DNA from: Eledone cirrhosa
Lineage: Eukaryota
DNA: 64,000 nucleotides
Assembly (NCBI GenBank): GCA_964016885.1
Contig: OZ024743.1
Coordinates: 126,666,001-126,730,000 of the forward strand
Reading direction: 5' to 3'
Below the pieces are notes generated by a model. The model saw only the letters and a program-made list of their open reading frames with translations. It was not told the DNA's origin and ran no database searches. A program made the translations under genes and the position numbers. Position 1 is the first letter of the stretch, and each line of letters opens with the position of its first letter. Below, piece after piece: positions 41,627 through 54,786 of this stretch.

Positions 41627-43449
41627 TTTTTAATGTACTTTGTTTATATAGACATTCTTCAATAAGATTTTTCTTATTTTATTTTCACAACGATTTCTAC
41701 TACATGTGACATGTCTAACGTTTTAGACTACCTATATCTGCCTAAATGTCAAGTATAAGTAGTTAAGAAAACTATATTGAGAACAGAATAATTCGGCACC
41801 CTCAGTTGGACAGCATATCTCTGCTACATCTCGAAGACTTGAGGTAAAACTGTGTACTTTACATTCCGATATGAAATAACGCCACTGATGATTTTCATAT
41901 TAAAGACACAAAAAGGATGATATAAAAACGGGTTTTATTGAGAGATTTCTCTACTTGCTCCTTGCTTGCTCTCTGACACAGTCAAAGGGAGCAAGCAGCG
42001 TCCTTCTTCCTGGAGTTCAATGTAGAGTCTGAGCACGAGCAAAATACACAAGAAATTTGGTGTTTTGTCCCTTTGAAGTGACCGTTTTCAGTATCCTTAA
42101 ATGATACAACACATTGGGTATGGCTTCTTTTGATTTCACTAAGTGGTTATTTCTACCGTAAACACACACTTACACATATATACAAAGTCGAACATATATA
42201 TAGTTAACACATATGTAATGAATTAACATGTATTAATTCTCGTGTACAATACATGAACAATACGTGAACATCTCGATATATCATTGAGGGAGAACAAGGA
42301 AAAAAATGAGAGAATTCTGCAAAAAAAAATTAAAGCAACATCTTTGGGGCACACAAAGGCTTTCTATTGTTTAGAATCTTAAAATGAGACAGCGACTACA
42401 TAGGCGCCGATGGTGTAACGCTAGCATGGTTGCATTCTAACCAGTTGATCCGTTTTCAACTCTCGGCGACGCATAGGTTTAGTTTTTGATGGAAATGCTT
42501 TGTCTTTTTAATCATAACATTTCTTTGATTTTTTATATAATTCAAATAAGAGAGGGAAAGGACAGGGGTTAGAAACGTCAAATGCTTCTACATCAGTTGC
42601 GAAATATATCTCAGACACACCTCGTGAACCAAATGACAAACGGCGTACTTTACATTCCGAGATCAAATCCCACCAGTTATATTGTTGATATTTATTTGGG
42701 ATACCATATGCAAGATGGATAACGTGCAGTCGGGGATAATCGCGGTATTTCTCTGTTTACTCAAAAATCCAAGTGAAAAAAATGGCAACATTTCTACTGG
42801 AAACCCAAAGTGGATTGAGGGGACGTAGTAAGAGAATCTTGAAACAACTCTAGAATTGTGGGTTGTTAAGAAAAACAAAAAAAAGAAATACAACCCACGT
42901 ATTAATAATGACATCCTTGATCTCTGACATTTACACGGAGATGAGTAAAAGAAAACGTTAACAAGTCAGGAGGAAAGGTTGTTTACTATCAGGATTTATC
43001 TTAATGTGGCTACCTAGGGTTGAGAGTAGAATGCTTCCTCGAACATTGGCAATACACAAAGAGAGAAACTCGTCTTTTATGTTTGCATGTAGCCCAGCTT
43101 GTCTCCCACTAACTAATGTAAGTGTTCAGAACTAGAGATCAACTTGTGTCCCATAGCTCTCATGCCAGAGAGCAATGACAACAGTTGTCTTTTCTGGCTA
43201 TCAAAACCCTCCGCGTACCAGCCACATAACAGGGCCTGATTTCTGTATCGAGTGATTTAGTGAAGATAACAAAGACCATATAAAATTCTTTGTTATTCCC
43301 AATATTTAACATATTTATATATCATACAGAGAAAAAAAAACGTATAGAAAACTTGACTGAGTTGAGGGAAAACTTAAAGCAGTAGCTTTGGTAGACAGAA
43401 ACATTTTGTATTGTGCAATATCTTTAAATGATGGAGTATCATCCTAGAG

Positions 43450-43521
43450 GCGTCGGTGGTGTAACGGTTAGCATGGTTGCCTTCCAAGCAGTCGATCCGC
43501 GTTCGACTCCCGGCCGATGCA
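43450..43521 (+). tRNA. trnG: tRNA-Gly(TCC) variant, G52C plus C70T (G3-U70)
   Basis: gatccgcgttcga at ~43500 and ccgatgca with T at 43518. Confidence 0.8.
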
Positions 43522-45338
43522 TTTTTAATGTACTTATTTTATATAGACATTCTTCAATAAGATTTTTCTTATTTTATTTTCACAACGATTTCTACTACAT
43601 GTGACATGTCTAACGTTTTAGACTACCTATATCTGCCTAAATATCAAGTATAAGTAAGAAAACTATATTGAGAACAGAATAATTCGGCACCCTCAGCTGG
43701 ACAGCATATCTCTGCTACATCTCGAAGACTTGAGGTAAAACTGTCTACTTTACATTCCGATATGAAATCACGCCACTCATAATTTTCATATTAAAGAGAC
43801 AAAAAGGATGATATAAAAACGGGTTTTATTGAGAGATTTCTCTACTTGCTCCCTGCTTGCTCTCTGCCACAGTCAAAGGGCGCAAGCAGCGTCCTTCTTC
43901 CTGGAGTTCAATGTAGAGTGTGAGCACGAGCAAAATACACAAGAAATTTGGTGTTTTGTCCCTTTGAAGTGACCGTTTTCAGTATCCTTAAATGATACAA
44001 CACATTGGGTATGGCTTCTTTTGATTTCACTAAGTGGTTATTTCTACCGTAAACACACACTTACACATATATACAAAGTCGAACATATATATAGTTAACA
44101 CATATGTAATGAATTAACATGTATTAATTCTCGTGTACAATACATGAACAATACGTGAACAACTCGATATATCATTGAGGGAGAACAAGGAAAGAAATGA
44201 CAGAATTCTGCAAAAAAAAATTAAAGCAACATCTTTGGGGCACACAAAGGCTTTCTATTGTTTAGAATCTTAAAATGAGGCAGCGACTGCACAGGCCTCG
44301 GTGGTGTAATGGCTAGCATGGTTGCATTCCAAGCAGTTGATCCGTTTTCAACTCTCGGCCGACGCATAGGTTTAGTTTTTGATGGAAATGCTTTGTCTTT
44401 TTAATCATAACATTTCTTTGATTTTTTATATAATTCAAATAAGAGAGGGAAAGGACAGGGGTTAGAAACGTCAAATGCTTCTACATCAGTTGCGAAATAT
44501 ATCTCAGACACATCTCGTGAACCAAATGACAAACGGGGTACTTTACATTCCGAGATCAATCCCACCAGTTATGTCGTTGATATTTATTTGGGATACCATA
44601 TGCAAGATGGATAACGTGAAGTCGGGGATAATCGCGGAATTTCTCTGTTTACTCAAAAGTCCAAGTGAAAAAAATGGCAACATTTCTACTGGAAACCCAA
44701 AGTGGATTGAGTGGACGTAGTAAGAGAATCTTGAAACAACTCTAGAATTGTGGGTTGTTAAGAAAAACAAAAAAAGAAATACAACCCACGTATTAATAAT
44801 GACATCCTTGATCTCTGACATTTACGAGGAGATGAGTAAAAGAAAACGTTAACAAGTCAGGAGGAAAGGTGGTTTACTGTCAGGATTTATCTCAATGTGG
44901 CTACCTAGGGTTGAGAGTAGAATGCTTCCTCGGACATTGGCAATACACAAAGAGAGAAATTCGTCTTTTATGTTTGCATGTAGCCCAGCTTTTCTCCCAC
45001 TAACTAATGTAAGTGTTCAGAACTAGAGATCAACTTGTGTCACATAGCTCTCATGCCAGAGAGTAATGACAACAGTTGTCTTTTCTGGCTATGAAAACTC
45101 TCCCCGTACTAGCCACATAACAGGGCCTGATTTCTGTATCGAGTGATTTTGTGTAGATAACAAAGACCATATAAAATTCTTTGTTATTCCCAATATTTAA
45201 CATATTTATATATCATACAGAGAAAAAAACGTATAGAAAACCTGACTGAGTTGAGGGAAAACTTAAAGCAGTAGCTTTGGTAGACAGAAAAATTTTGTAT
45301 TATTCAATATCTTTAAATGATGGGGTAACATCTTAGAG

Positions 45339-45410
45339 GCGTCGGTGGTGTAACGGTTAGCATGGTTGCCTTCCAAGCAGTCGATCCGGGTTCGACTCCC
45401 GGCCGACGCA
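45339..45410 (+). tRNA. trnG: tRNA-Gly(TCC), consensus
   Basis: Perfect match plus TTTTT. Confidence 0.97.
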
Positions 45411-47233
45411 TTTTTAATGTACTTTTTTTATATAGACATTCTTCAATAAGATTTTTTTAATTTTATTTTCACAACGATTTCTACTACATGTGACATGTCT
45501 AACGTTTTAGACTACCTATATCTGCCTAAATATCAAGTATAAGTAGTTAAGAAAACTATATTGAGAACAGAATAATTCGGCACCCTCAGTTGGACAGCAT
45601 ATCTCTGCTACATCTCGATGACTTGAGGTAAAACTGTGTACTTTACATTCCGATATGAAATAACGCCACTGATGATTTTCATATTAAAGACACAAAAAGG
45701 ATGATATAAAAACGGGTTTTATTGAGAGATTTCTCTACTTGCTCCCTGCTTGCTCTCTGCCACAGTCAAAGGGAGCAAGCAGCGTCCTTCTTCCTGGAGT
45801 TCAATGTAGAGTCTGAGCACGAGCAAAATACACAAGAAATTTGGTGTTTTGTCCCTTTGAAGTGACCGTTTTCAGTATCCTTAAATGATACAACACATTG
45901 GGTATGGCTTCTTTTGATTTCACTAAGTGGTTATTTCTACCGTAAACACACACACATATATACAAAGTCGAACATATATATAGTTAACATATATGTAATG
46001 AATTAACATGTATTAATTCTCGTGTACAATACACGAACAATACGTGAACATCTCGATATATCATAGAGGGAGGACATGGAGAAAAAATGACAGAAATCTG
46101 CAAAGAAAAAAATTAAAGCAACATCATTGGGGCACACAAAGACTTTCTATTGTTTAGAATCTTAAAATGAGGCATCCGCCTGCACAGGCGTCGGTGGTGT
46201 AATGGCTAGCATGGTTGCATTCCAAGCAGTTGATCCGTTTTCAACTCTCAGCCGACTCATAGGTTTAGTTTTTGATGGAAATGCTTTGTCTTTTTAATCA
46301 CGACATTTCTTTGATTTTTATATATAATTCAAATAAGAGAGGGAAAGGACAGGCGTTAAAAACGTCAATTTCTTCTACATCAGTTGCGAAATATATCTCA
46401 GACACATCTCGAGAACCAAATGACAAACGGCGTACTTTACATTCCGAGAACAAATCCCACCAGTTATGTCGTTGATATTTGTTTGGGATACCATATGCAA
46501 GATGGAGAACGTGAAGTCGAGGATAATCGCGGAATTTCTCTGTTTACTCAAAAGTCCAAGTGAAAAAAATGGCAACATTTCTACTGGAAACCCAAAGTGG
46601 ATTGAGGGGACGTAGTAAGAGAATCTTCAAACAACTCTAGAATTGTGGGTTGTTAAGAAAAACAAAAAAAGAAATACAACCCACTTTTTAATAATGAAAT
46701 CCTTGATCTCTGACATTTACGAGGAGATGAGTAAAAGAAAACGTTAACAAGTCAGGAGGAAAGGTTGTTTACTATCAAGATTTATCTCAATGTGGCTACC
46801 TAGGGTTGAGAGTAGAATGCTTCCTCGAACGTTGTCAATACACAAAGAGAGAAATTAGTCTTTTATGTTTGCATGTAGCCCAGCTTGTCTCCCACTAACT
46901 AATATAAGTGTTCAGAACTAGAAATCAACTTGTGTCACATAGCTCTCATGCCAGAGAGCAATGACAACAGTTGTCTTTTCTGGCTATGAAAACCCTCCTC
47001 GTACCAGCCACATAAGAGGGCCTGATTTCTATATCGAGTGATTTTGTGAAGATAACAAAGACCATATAAAATTATTTGTAATTTCCAATGTTTAACATAT
47101 TTATATATCATACAGAGAAAAAAACGTATAGAAAACCTGACTGAGTTGAGGGAAAACTTAAAGCAGTAGCTTTGGTAGACAGAAACATTTTGTATTGTAC
47201 AATATCTTTAAATGATGGGATAACATCCTAGAG

Positions 47234-47305
47234 GCGTCGGTGGTGTAACGGTTAGCATGGTTGCCTTCCAAGCAGTCGATCCGGGTTCGACTCCCGGCCG
47301 ATGCA
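47234..47305 (+). tRNA. trnG: tRNA-Gly(TCC) variant, C70T only (G3-U70)
   Basis: Single difference at 47302; TTTTT terminator. Confidence 0.92.
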
Positions 47306-49125
47306 TTTTTAATGTACTTTTTTTATATAGACATTCTTCAATAAGATTTTTCTTATTTTATTTTCACAACGATTTCTACTACATGTGAAATGTCTAACAT
47401 TTTAGACTACCTATATCTGACTAAATGTCAAGTATAAGTAGTTAAGACAACTATATTGAGAACAGAATAATTCGGCACCCTCACTTGGACAGCATATCTC
47501 TGCTACATCTCGAAGACTTGAGGTAAAATTGTGTACTTTACATTCCGATATGAAATCACGCCACTGATGATTTTCATATTAAAGAGACAAAAAGGACGAT
47601 ATAAAAACGGGTTTTATTGAGAGATTTCTCTACTTGCTCCCTGCTTGCTCTCTGCCACAGTCAAAAGGAGCAAGCAGCGTCCTTCTTCCTGGAGTTCAAT
47701 GTAGAGTGTGAGCACGAGCAAAATACACAAGAAATTTTGTGTTTTGTGAAGTGACCGTTTCAGTATCCTTAAATGATACAACACATTGGGTAAGGCTTCT
47801 TTTGATTTCACTATGTGGTTATTTCTACCATAAACACACACTTAAACATATATACAAAGTCGAACATATATATAGTTAACACATATGTAATGAATGAACA
47901 TGTATTAATTCTCGTGTACAATACACGAACAATACGTGAACATCTCGATATATCATAGAGGGAGAACATGGAGAAAAAATGACAGAAGTCTGCAAACAAA
48001 AAAATTAAAGCAACTTCTTTGGGGCACACAAAGACTTTCTATCGTTTAGAATCTTAAAATGAGACATCCGCCTGCACAGGCGTCGGTGGTGTAATGGCTA
48101 GCATGGTTGCATTCCAAGCAGTTTATCCGTTTTCAACTCTCAGCCGACTCATAGGTTTAGTTTGTGATGGAAATGCTTTGTCTTTTTAATCATAACATTT
48201 CTTTGATTTTTATATATAATTCAAATAAGAGAGGGAAAGGACAGGGGTTAAAAACGTCAAATTCTTCTACATCAGTTGCGAAATATATCTCAGACACATC
48301 TCGTGAACCAAATGATAAACGGCGTACTTTACATTCCTAGATCAAATCCCACCAGTTACGTCGTTGATATTTATTTGGGATACCATATGCAAGATGGATA
48401 ACGTGAAGTCGGGGATAATCGCGGAATTACTCTGTTTACACAAAAGTCCAAGTGAAAAAAATGGCAACATTTCCACTGGAAACCCAAAGTGGATTGAGGG
48501 GACGTAGTAAGAGAATCTTGAAACAGCTCTAGAATTGTGGGTTGTTAAGAAAAACATAAAAGATATACAACCCGCGTATTAATAATGACATCCTTGATCT
48601 CTGACATTTACGAGGAGATGAGTAAAAGAAAACGTTAACAAGTCAGGAGGAAAGGTTGTTTACTATCAGAATTTATCTCAATGTGGCTACCTAGGGTTGA
48701 GAGTAGAATGCTTCCTCGGACATTGGCAATACACAAAGAGAGAAATTAGTCTTTTATGTTTGCATGTAGCCCAGCTTGTCTCCCACTAACTAATGTAAGT
48801 GTTCAGAACTAGAGTTAAACTGGTGTCACATAGCTCTCATGCCAGAGAGCAAAGATGACAGTGGTGTTTCTGGCTATCAAAACCCTCCGCGTACCAGCCA
48901 CATAACCGGGTCTGATTTCTGTATCGAGTGAATTTGTGAAGATAACAAAGACCATATAAAATTCTTTGTTATTCCCAATATTTAACATATTTATATATCA
49001 TACAGAGAAAAGAACGTATAGAAAACCTGACTGAGTTGAGGGAAAACTTAAAGCAGTAGCCTTGGTGTAGGCAGAAAAATTTTGTATTATTCAATATCTT
49101 TAAATGATGGTATAACATCCCAGAG

Positions 49126-49197
49126 GCGTCGGTGGTGTAGCGGTTAGCATGGTTGCCTTCCAAGCAGTCGATCCGGGTTCGACTCCCGGCCGACGCA
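49126..49197 (+). tRNA. trnG: tRNA-Gly(TCC) variant A15G
   Basis: gtgtagcggtt, otherwise consensus. Confidence 0.92.
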
Positions 49198-50973
49198 TTT
49201 TTAATGTACTTTTTTTTATAGACATTCTTCAATAAGATTTTTCTTATTTTATTTTCACAATGATTTCTACTACATGTGACATGTCTAACGTTTTAGACTA
49301 CCTATATCTGCCTAAATATCAAGTATAAGTAGTTAAGAAAACTATATTGAGAACAGAATAATTCAGCACCCTCAGTTGGACAGCATATCTCTGCTACATC
49401 TCGAAGACTGGAGGTAAAACTGCGTACTTTACATTCCGATATGAAATCACGCCACTGATGATTTTCATATTAAAGAGACAAAAAGGATGATATAAAAACG
49501 GGTTTTATCGAGAGATTTCTCTACTTGCTCCCTGCTTGCTCTCTGCCACAGTCAAAAGGAGCAAGCAGCGTCCTTCTTCCTGGAGTTCAATGTAGAGTGT
49601 GAGCACGAGCAAAATACACAAGAAATTTGGTGTTTTGTCCCTGTGAAGTGACCGTTTTCAGTATCCTTAAATGATACAACATATTGCATAAGGCTTCTTT
49701 TGATTTCACTAAGTGGTTATTTCTACTATAGACACACACTTACACATATATACAAAGTCGAACATATATATAGTTAACATATATGTAATGAATTAACATG
49801 TATTAATTCTCGTGTACAATACATGAACAATACGTGAACATCTCGATATGTCATAGAGGGAGGACAAGGAGAAAAAATGACAGAATTCTGCAAAAAAGAA
49901 ATTAAAGCAACATCTTTGGCGCACACAAAGACTTTCTATTGTTTAGAACCTTAAAATGAGGCATCCGCCTGCATAGGCCTCGGTTGTGTAATGGCTAGCA
50001 TATGCTTAGTTTTTGATGGAAATGCTTTGTCTTCTTAATCATAACATTTCTTTGATTTTTATATATAATTCAAATAAGAGAGGGAAAGGTCAGGGGTTAA
50101 AAACGTCAAATTCTTCTACATCAGTTGCGAAATATATCTCAGACACATCTCGTGAACCAAATGACAAACGGGGTACTTTACATTCCGAGATCAATCCCAC
50201 CAGTTACGTCGTTGATATTTATTTGGGATACCATATGCAAGATGGATAACGTGAAGTCGGGGATAATCGCGGAATTTCTTTGTTTACTCAAAAGTCCAAG
50301 TGAAAAAAATGGCAACATTTCTACTGGAAACCCAAAGTGGATTGAGTGGACGTAGTAATAGAATCTTGAAACAACTCTAGAATTGTGGGTTGTTAAGAAA
50401 AACAAAAAAAAGATATACAACCCACTTATTAATAATGGCATCCTTGATCGCTGACATTTACGAGGAGATGAGTTAAAGAAAACGTTAACAAGTCAGGAGG
50501 AAAGGTTGTTTACTATCAGAATTTATCTCAATGTGGCTACCTAGGGTTGAGAGTAGAATGCTTCCTCGGACATCGGCAATACACAAAGAGAGAAATTCGT
50601 CTTTTATGTTTGCATGTAGCCCAGCTTGTCGCCCACTAACTAATGTAAGTGTTCAGAACTAGAGATCAACTTGTGTTACATAGCTCTTATGCCAGAGAGC
50701 AATGACAACAGTTGTCTTTTCTGGCTATCAAAACCCTCCGCGTACTAGCCACATAAGAGGGCCTGATTTCTGTATCGAGTGATTTTGAGAAGATAACAAA
50801 GACCATATACTATTCTTTGTTATTCCCAATATTTAACATATTTATATATCATACAGAGAAAAAAACGTATAGAAAACCTGACTGAGTTGAGGGAAAACTT
50901 AAAGCAGTAGCTTTGGTAGACAAAATCATTTTGTATTGTACAATATCTTTAAATGATGGGAAACATCCCAGAG

Positions 50974-51045
50974 GCGTCGGTGGTGTAACGGTTAGCATGG
51001 TTGCCTTCCAAGCAGTCGATCCGGGTTCGACTCCCGGCCGACGCA
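50974..51045 (+). tRNA. trnG: tRNA-Gly(TCC), consensus
   Basis: Perfect match plus TTTTT. Confidence 0.97.
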
Positions 51046-52865
51046 TTTTTAATGTACTTTGTTTATATAGACATTCTTCAATAAGATTTTTCTTATTTTA
51101 TTTTCACAACGATTTCTACTACATGTGAAATGTCTAACATTTTAGACTACCTATATCTGACTAAATGTCAAGTATAAGTAGTTAAGACAACTATATTGAG
51201 AACAGAATAATTCGGCACCCTCACTTGGACAGCATATCTCTGCTACATCTCGAAGACTTGAGGTAAAATTGTGTACTTTACATTCCGATATGAAATCACG
51301 CCACTGATGATTTTCATATTAAAGAGACAAAAAGGACGATATAAAAACGGGTTTTATTGAGAGATTTCTCTACTTGCTCCCTGCTTGCTCTCTGCCACAG
51401 TCAAAAGGAGCAAGCAGCGTCCTTCTTCCTGGAGTTCAATGTAGAGTGTGAGCACGAGCAAAATACACAAGAAATTTTGTGTTTTGTGAAGTGACCGTTT
51501 CAGTATCCTTAAATGATACAACACATTGGGTAAGGCTTCTTTTGATTTCACTATGTGGTTATTTCTACCATAAACACACACTTAAACATATATACAAAGT
51601 CGAACATATATATAGTTAACACATATGTAATGAATGAACATGTATTAATTCTCGTGTACAATACACGAACAATACGTGAACATCTCGATATATCATAGAG
51701 GGAGAACATGGAGAAAAAATGACAGAAGTCTGCAAACAAAAAAATTAAAGCAACTTCTTTGGGGCACACAAAGACTTTCTATCGTTTAGAATCTTAAAAT
51801 GAGACATCCGCCTGCACAGGCGTCGGTGGTGTAATGGCTAGCATGGTTGCATTCCAAGCAGTTTATCCGTTTTCAACTCTCAGCCGACTCATAGGTTTAG
51901 TTTGTGATGGAAATGCTTTGTCTTTTTAATCATAACATTTCTTTGATTTTTATATATAATTCAAATAAGAGAGGGAAAGGACAGGGGTTAAAAACGTCAA
52001 ATTCTTCTACATCAGTTGCGAAATATATCTCAGACACATCTCGTGAACCAAATGATAAACGGCGTACTTTACATTCCTAGATCAAATCCCACCAGTTACG
52101 TCGTTGATATTTATTTGGGATACCATATGCAAGATGGATAACGTGAAGTCGGGGATAATCGCGGAATTACTCTGTTTACACAAAAGTCCAAGTGAAAAAA
52201 ATGGCAACATTTCCACTGGAAACCCAAAGTGGATTGAGGGGACGTAGTAAGAGAATCTTGAAACAGCTCTAGAATTGTGGGTTGTTAAGAAAAACATAAA
52301 AGATATACAACCCGCGTATTAATAATGACATCCTTGATCTCTGACATTTACGAGGAGATGAGTAAAAGAAAACGTTAACAAGTCAGGAGGAAAGGTTGTT
52401 TACTATCAGAATTTATCTCAATGTGGCTACCTAGGGTTGAGAGTAGAATGCTTCCTCGGACATTGGCAATACACAAAGAGAGAAATTAGTCTTTTATGTT
52501 TGCATGTAGCCCAGCTTGTCTCCCACTAACTAATGTAAGTGTTCAGAACTAGAGTTAAACTGGTGTCACATAGCTCTCATGCCAGAGAGCAAAGATGACA
52601 GTGGTGTTTCTGGCTATCAAAACCCTCCGCGTACCAGCCACATAACCGGGTCTGATTTCTGTATCGAGTGAATTTGTGAAGATAACAAAGACCATATAAA
52701 ATTCTTTGTTATTCCCAATATTTAACATATTTATATATCATACAGAGAAAAGAACGTATAGAAAACCTGACTGAGTTGAGGGAAAACTTAAAGCAGTAGC
52801 CTTGGTGTAGGCAGAAAAATTTTGTATTATTCAATATCTTTAAATGATGGTATAACATCCCAGAG

Positions 52866-52937
52866 GCGTCGGTGGTGTAGCGGTTAGCATGGTTGCCTTC
52901 CAAGCAGTCGATCCGGGTTCGACTCCCGGCCGACGCA
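52866..52937 (+). tRNA. trnG: tRNA-Gly(TCC) variant A15G
   Basis: Duplicate of the 49126 copy. Confidence 0.92.
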
Positions 52938-54714
52938 TTTTTAATGTACTTTTTTTTTATAGACATTCTTCAATAAGATTTTTCTTATTTTATTTTCACA
53001 ATGATTTCTACTACATGTGACATGTCTAACGTTTTAGACTACCTATATCTGCCTAAATATCAAGTATAAGTAGTTAAGAAAACTATATTGAGAACAGAAT
53101 AATTCAGCACCCTCAGTTGGACAGCATATCTCTGCTACATCTCGAAGACTGGAGGTAAAACTGCGTACTTTACATTCCGATATGAAATCACGCCACTGAT
53201 GATTTTCATATTAAAGAGACAAAAAGGATGATATAAAAACGGGTTTTATCGAGAGATTTCTCTACTTGCTCCCTGCTTGCTCTCTGCCACAGTCAAAAGG
53301 AGCAAGCAGCGTCCTTCTTCCTGGAGTTCAATGTAGAGTGTGAGCACGAGCAAAATACACAAGAAATTTGGTGTTTTGTCCCTGTGAAGTGACCGTTTTC
53401 AGTATCCTTAAATGATACAACATATTGCATAAGGCTTCTTTTGATTTCACTAAGTGGTTATTTCTACTATAGACACACACTTACACATATATACAAAGTC
53501 GAACATATATATAGTTAACACATATGTAATGAATTAACATGTATTAATTCTCGTGTACAATACATGAACAATACGTGAACATCTCGATATGTCATAGAGG
53601 GAGGACAAGGAGAAAAAATGACAGAATTCTGCAAAAAAGAAATTAAAGCAACATCTTTGGCGCACACAAAGACTTTCTATTGTTTAGAACCTTAAAATGA
53701 GGCATCCGCCTGCATAGGCCTCGGTTGTGTAATGGCTAGCATATGCTTAGTTTTTGATGGAAATGCTTTGTCTTCTTAATCATAACATTTCTTTGATTTT
53801 TATATATAATTCAAATAAGAGAGGGAAAGGTCAGGGGTTAAAAACGTCAAATTCTTCTACATCAGTTGCGAAATATATCTCAGACACATCTCGTGAACCA
53901 AATGACAAACGGGGTACTTTACATTCCGAGATCAATCCCACCAGTTACGTCGTTGATATTTATTTGGGATACCATATGCAAGATGGATAACGTGAAGTCG
54001 GGGATAATCGCGGAATTTCTTTGTTTACTCAAAAGTCCAAGTGAAAAAAATGGCAACATTTCTACTGGAAACCCAAAGTGGATTGAGTGGACGTAGTAAT
54101 AGAATCTTGAAACAACTCTAGAATTGTGGGTTGTTAAGAAAAACAAAAAAAAGATATACAACCCACTTATTAATAATGGCATCCTTGATCGCTGACATTT
54201 ACGAGGAGATGAGTTAAAGAAAACGTTAACAAGTCAGGAGGAAAGGTTGTTTACTATCAGAATTTATCTCAATGTGGCTACCTAGGGTTGAGAGTAGAAT
54301 GCTTCCTCGGACATCGGCAATACACAAAGAGAGAAATTCGTCTTTTATGTTTGCATGTAGCCCAGCTTGTCGCCCACTAACTAATGTAAGTGTTCAGAAC
54401 TAGAGATCAACTTGTGTCACATAGCTCTTATGCCAGAGAGCAATGACAACAGTTGTCTTTTCTGGCTATCAAAACCCTCCGCGTACTAGCCACATAAGAG
54501 GGCCTGATTTCTGTATCGAGTGATTTTGAGAAGATAACAAAGACCATATACTATTCTTTGTTATTCCCAATATTTAACATATTTATATATCATACAGAGA
54601 AAAAAACGTATAGAAAACCTGACTGAGTTGAGGGAAAACTTAAAGCAGTAGCTTTGGTAGACAAAATCATTTTGTATTGTACAATATCTTTAAATGATGG
54701 GAAACATCCCAGAG

Positions 54715-54786
54715 GCGTCGGTGGTGTAACGGTTAGCATGGTTGCCTTCCAAGCAGTCGATCCGGGTTCGACTCCCGGCCGACGCA
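54715..54786 (+). tRNA. trnG: tRNA-Gly(TCC), consensus
   Basis: Perfect match plus TTTTT. Confidence 0.97.
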
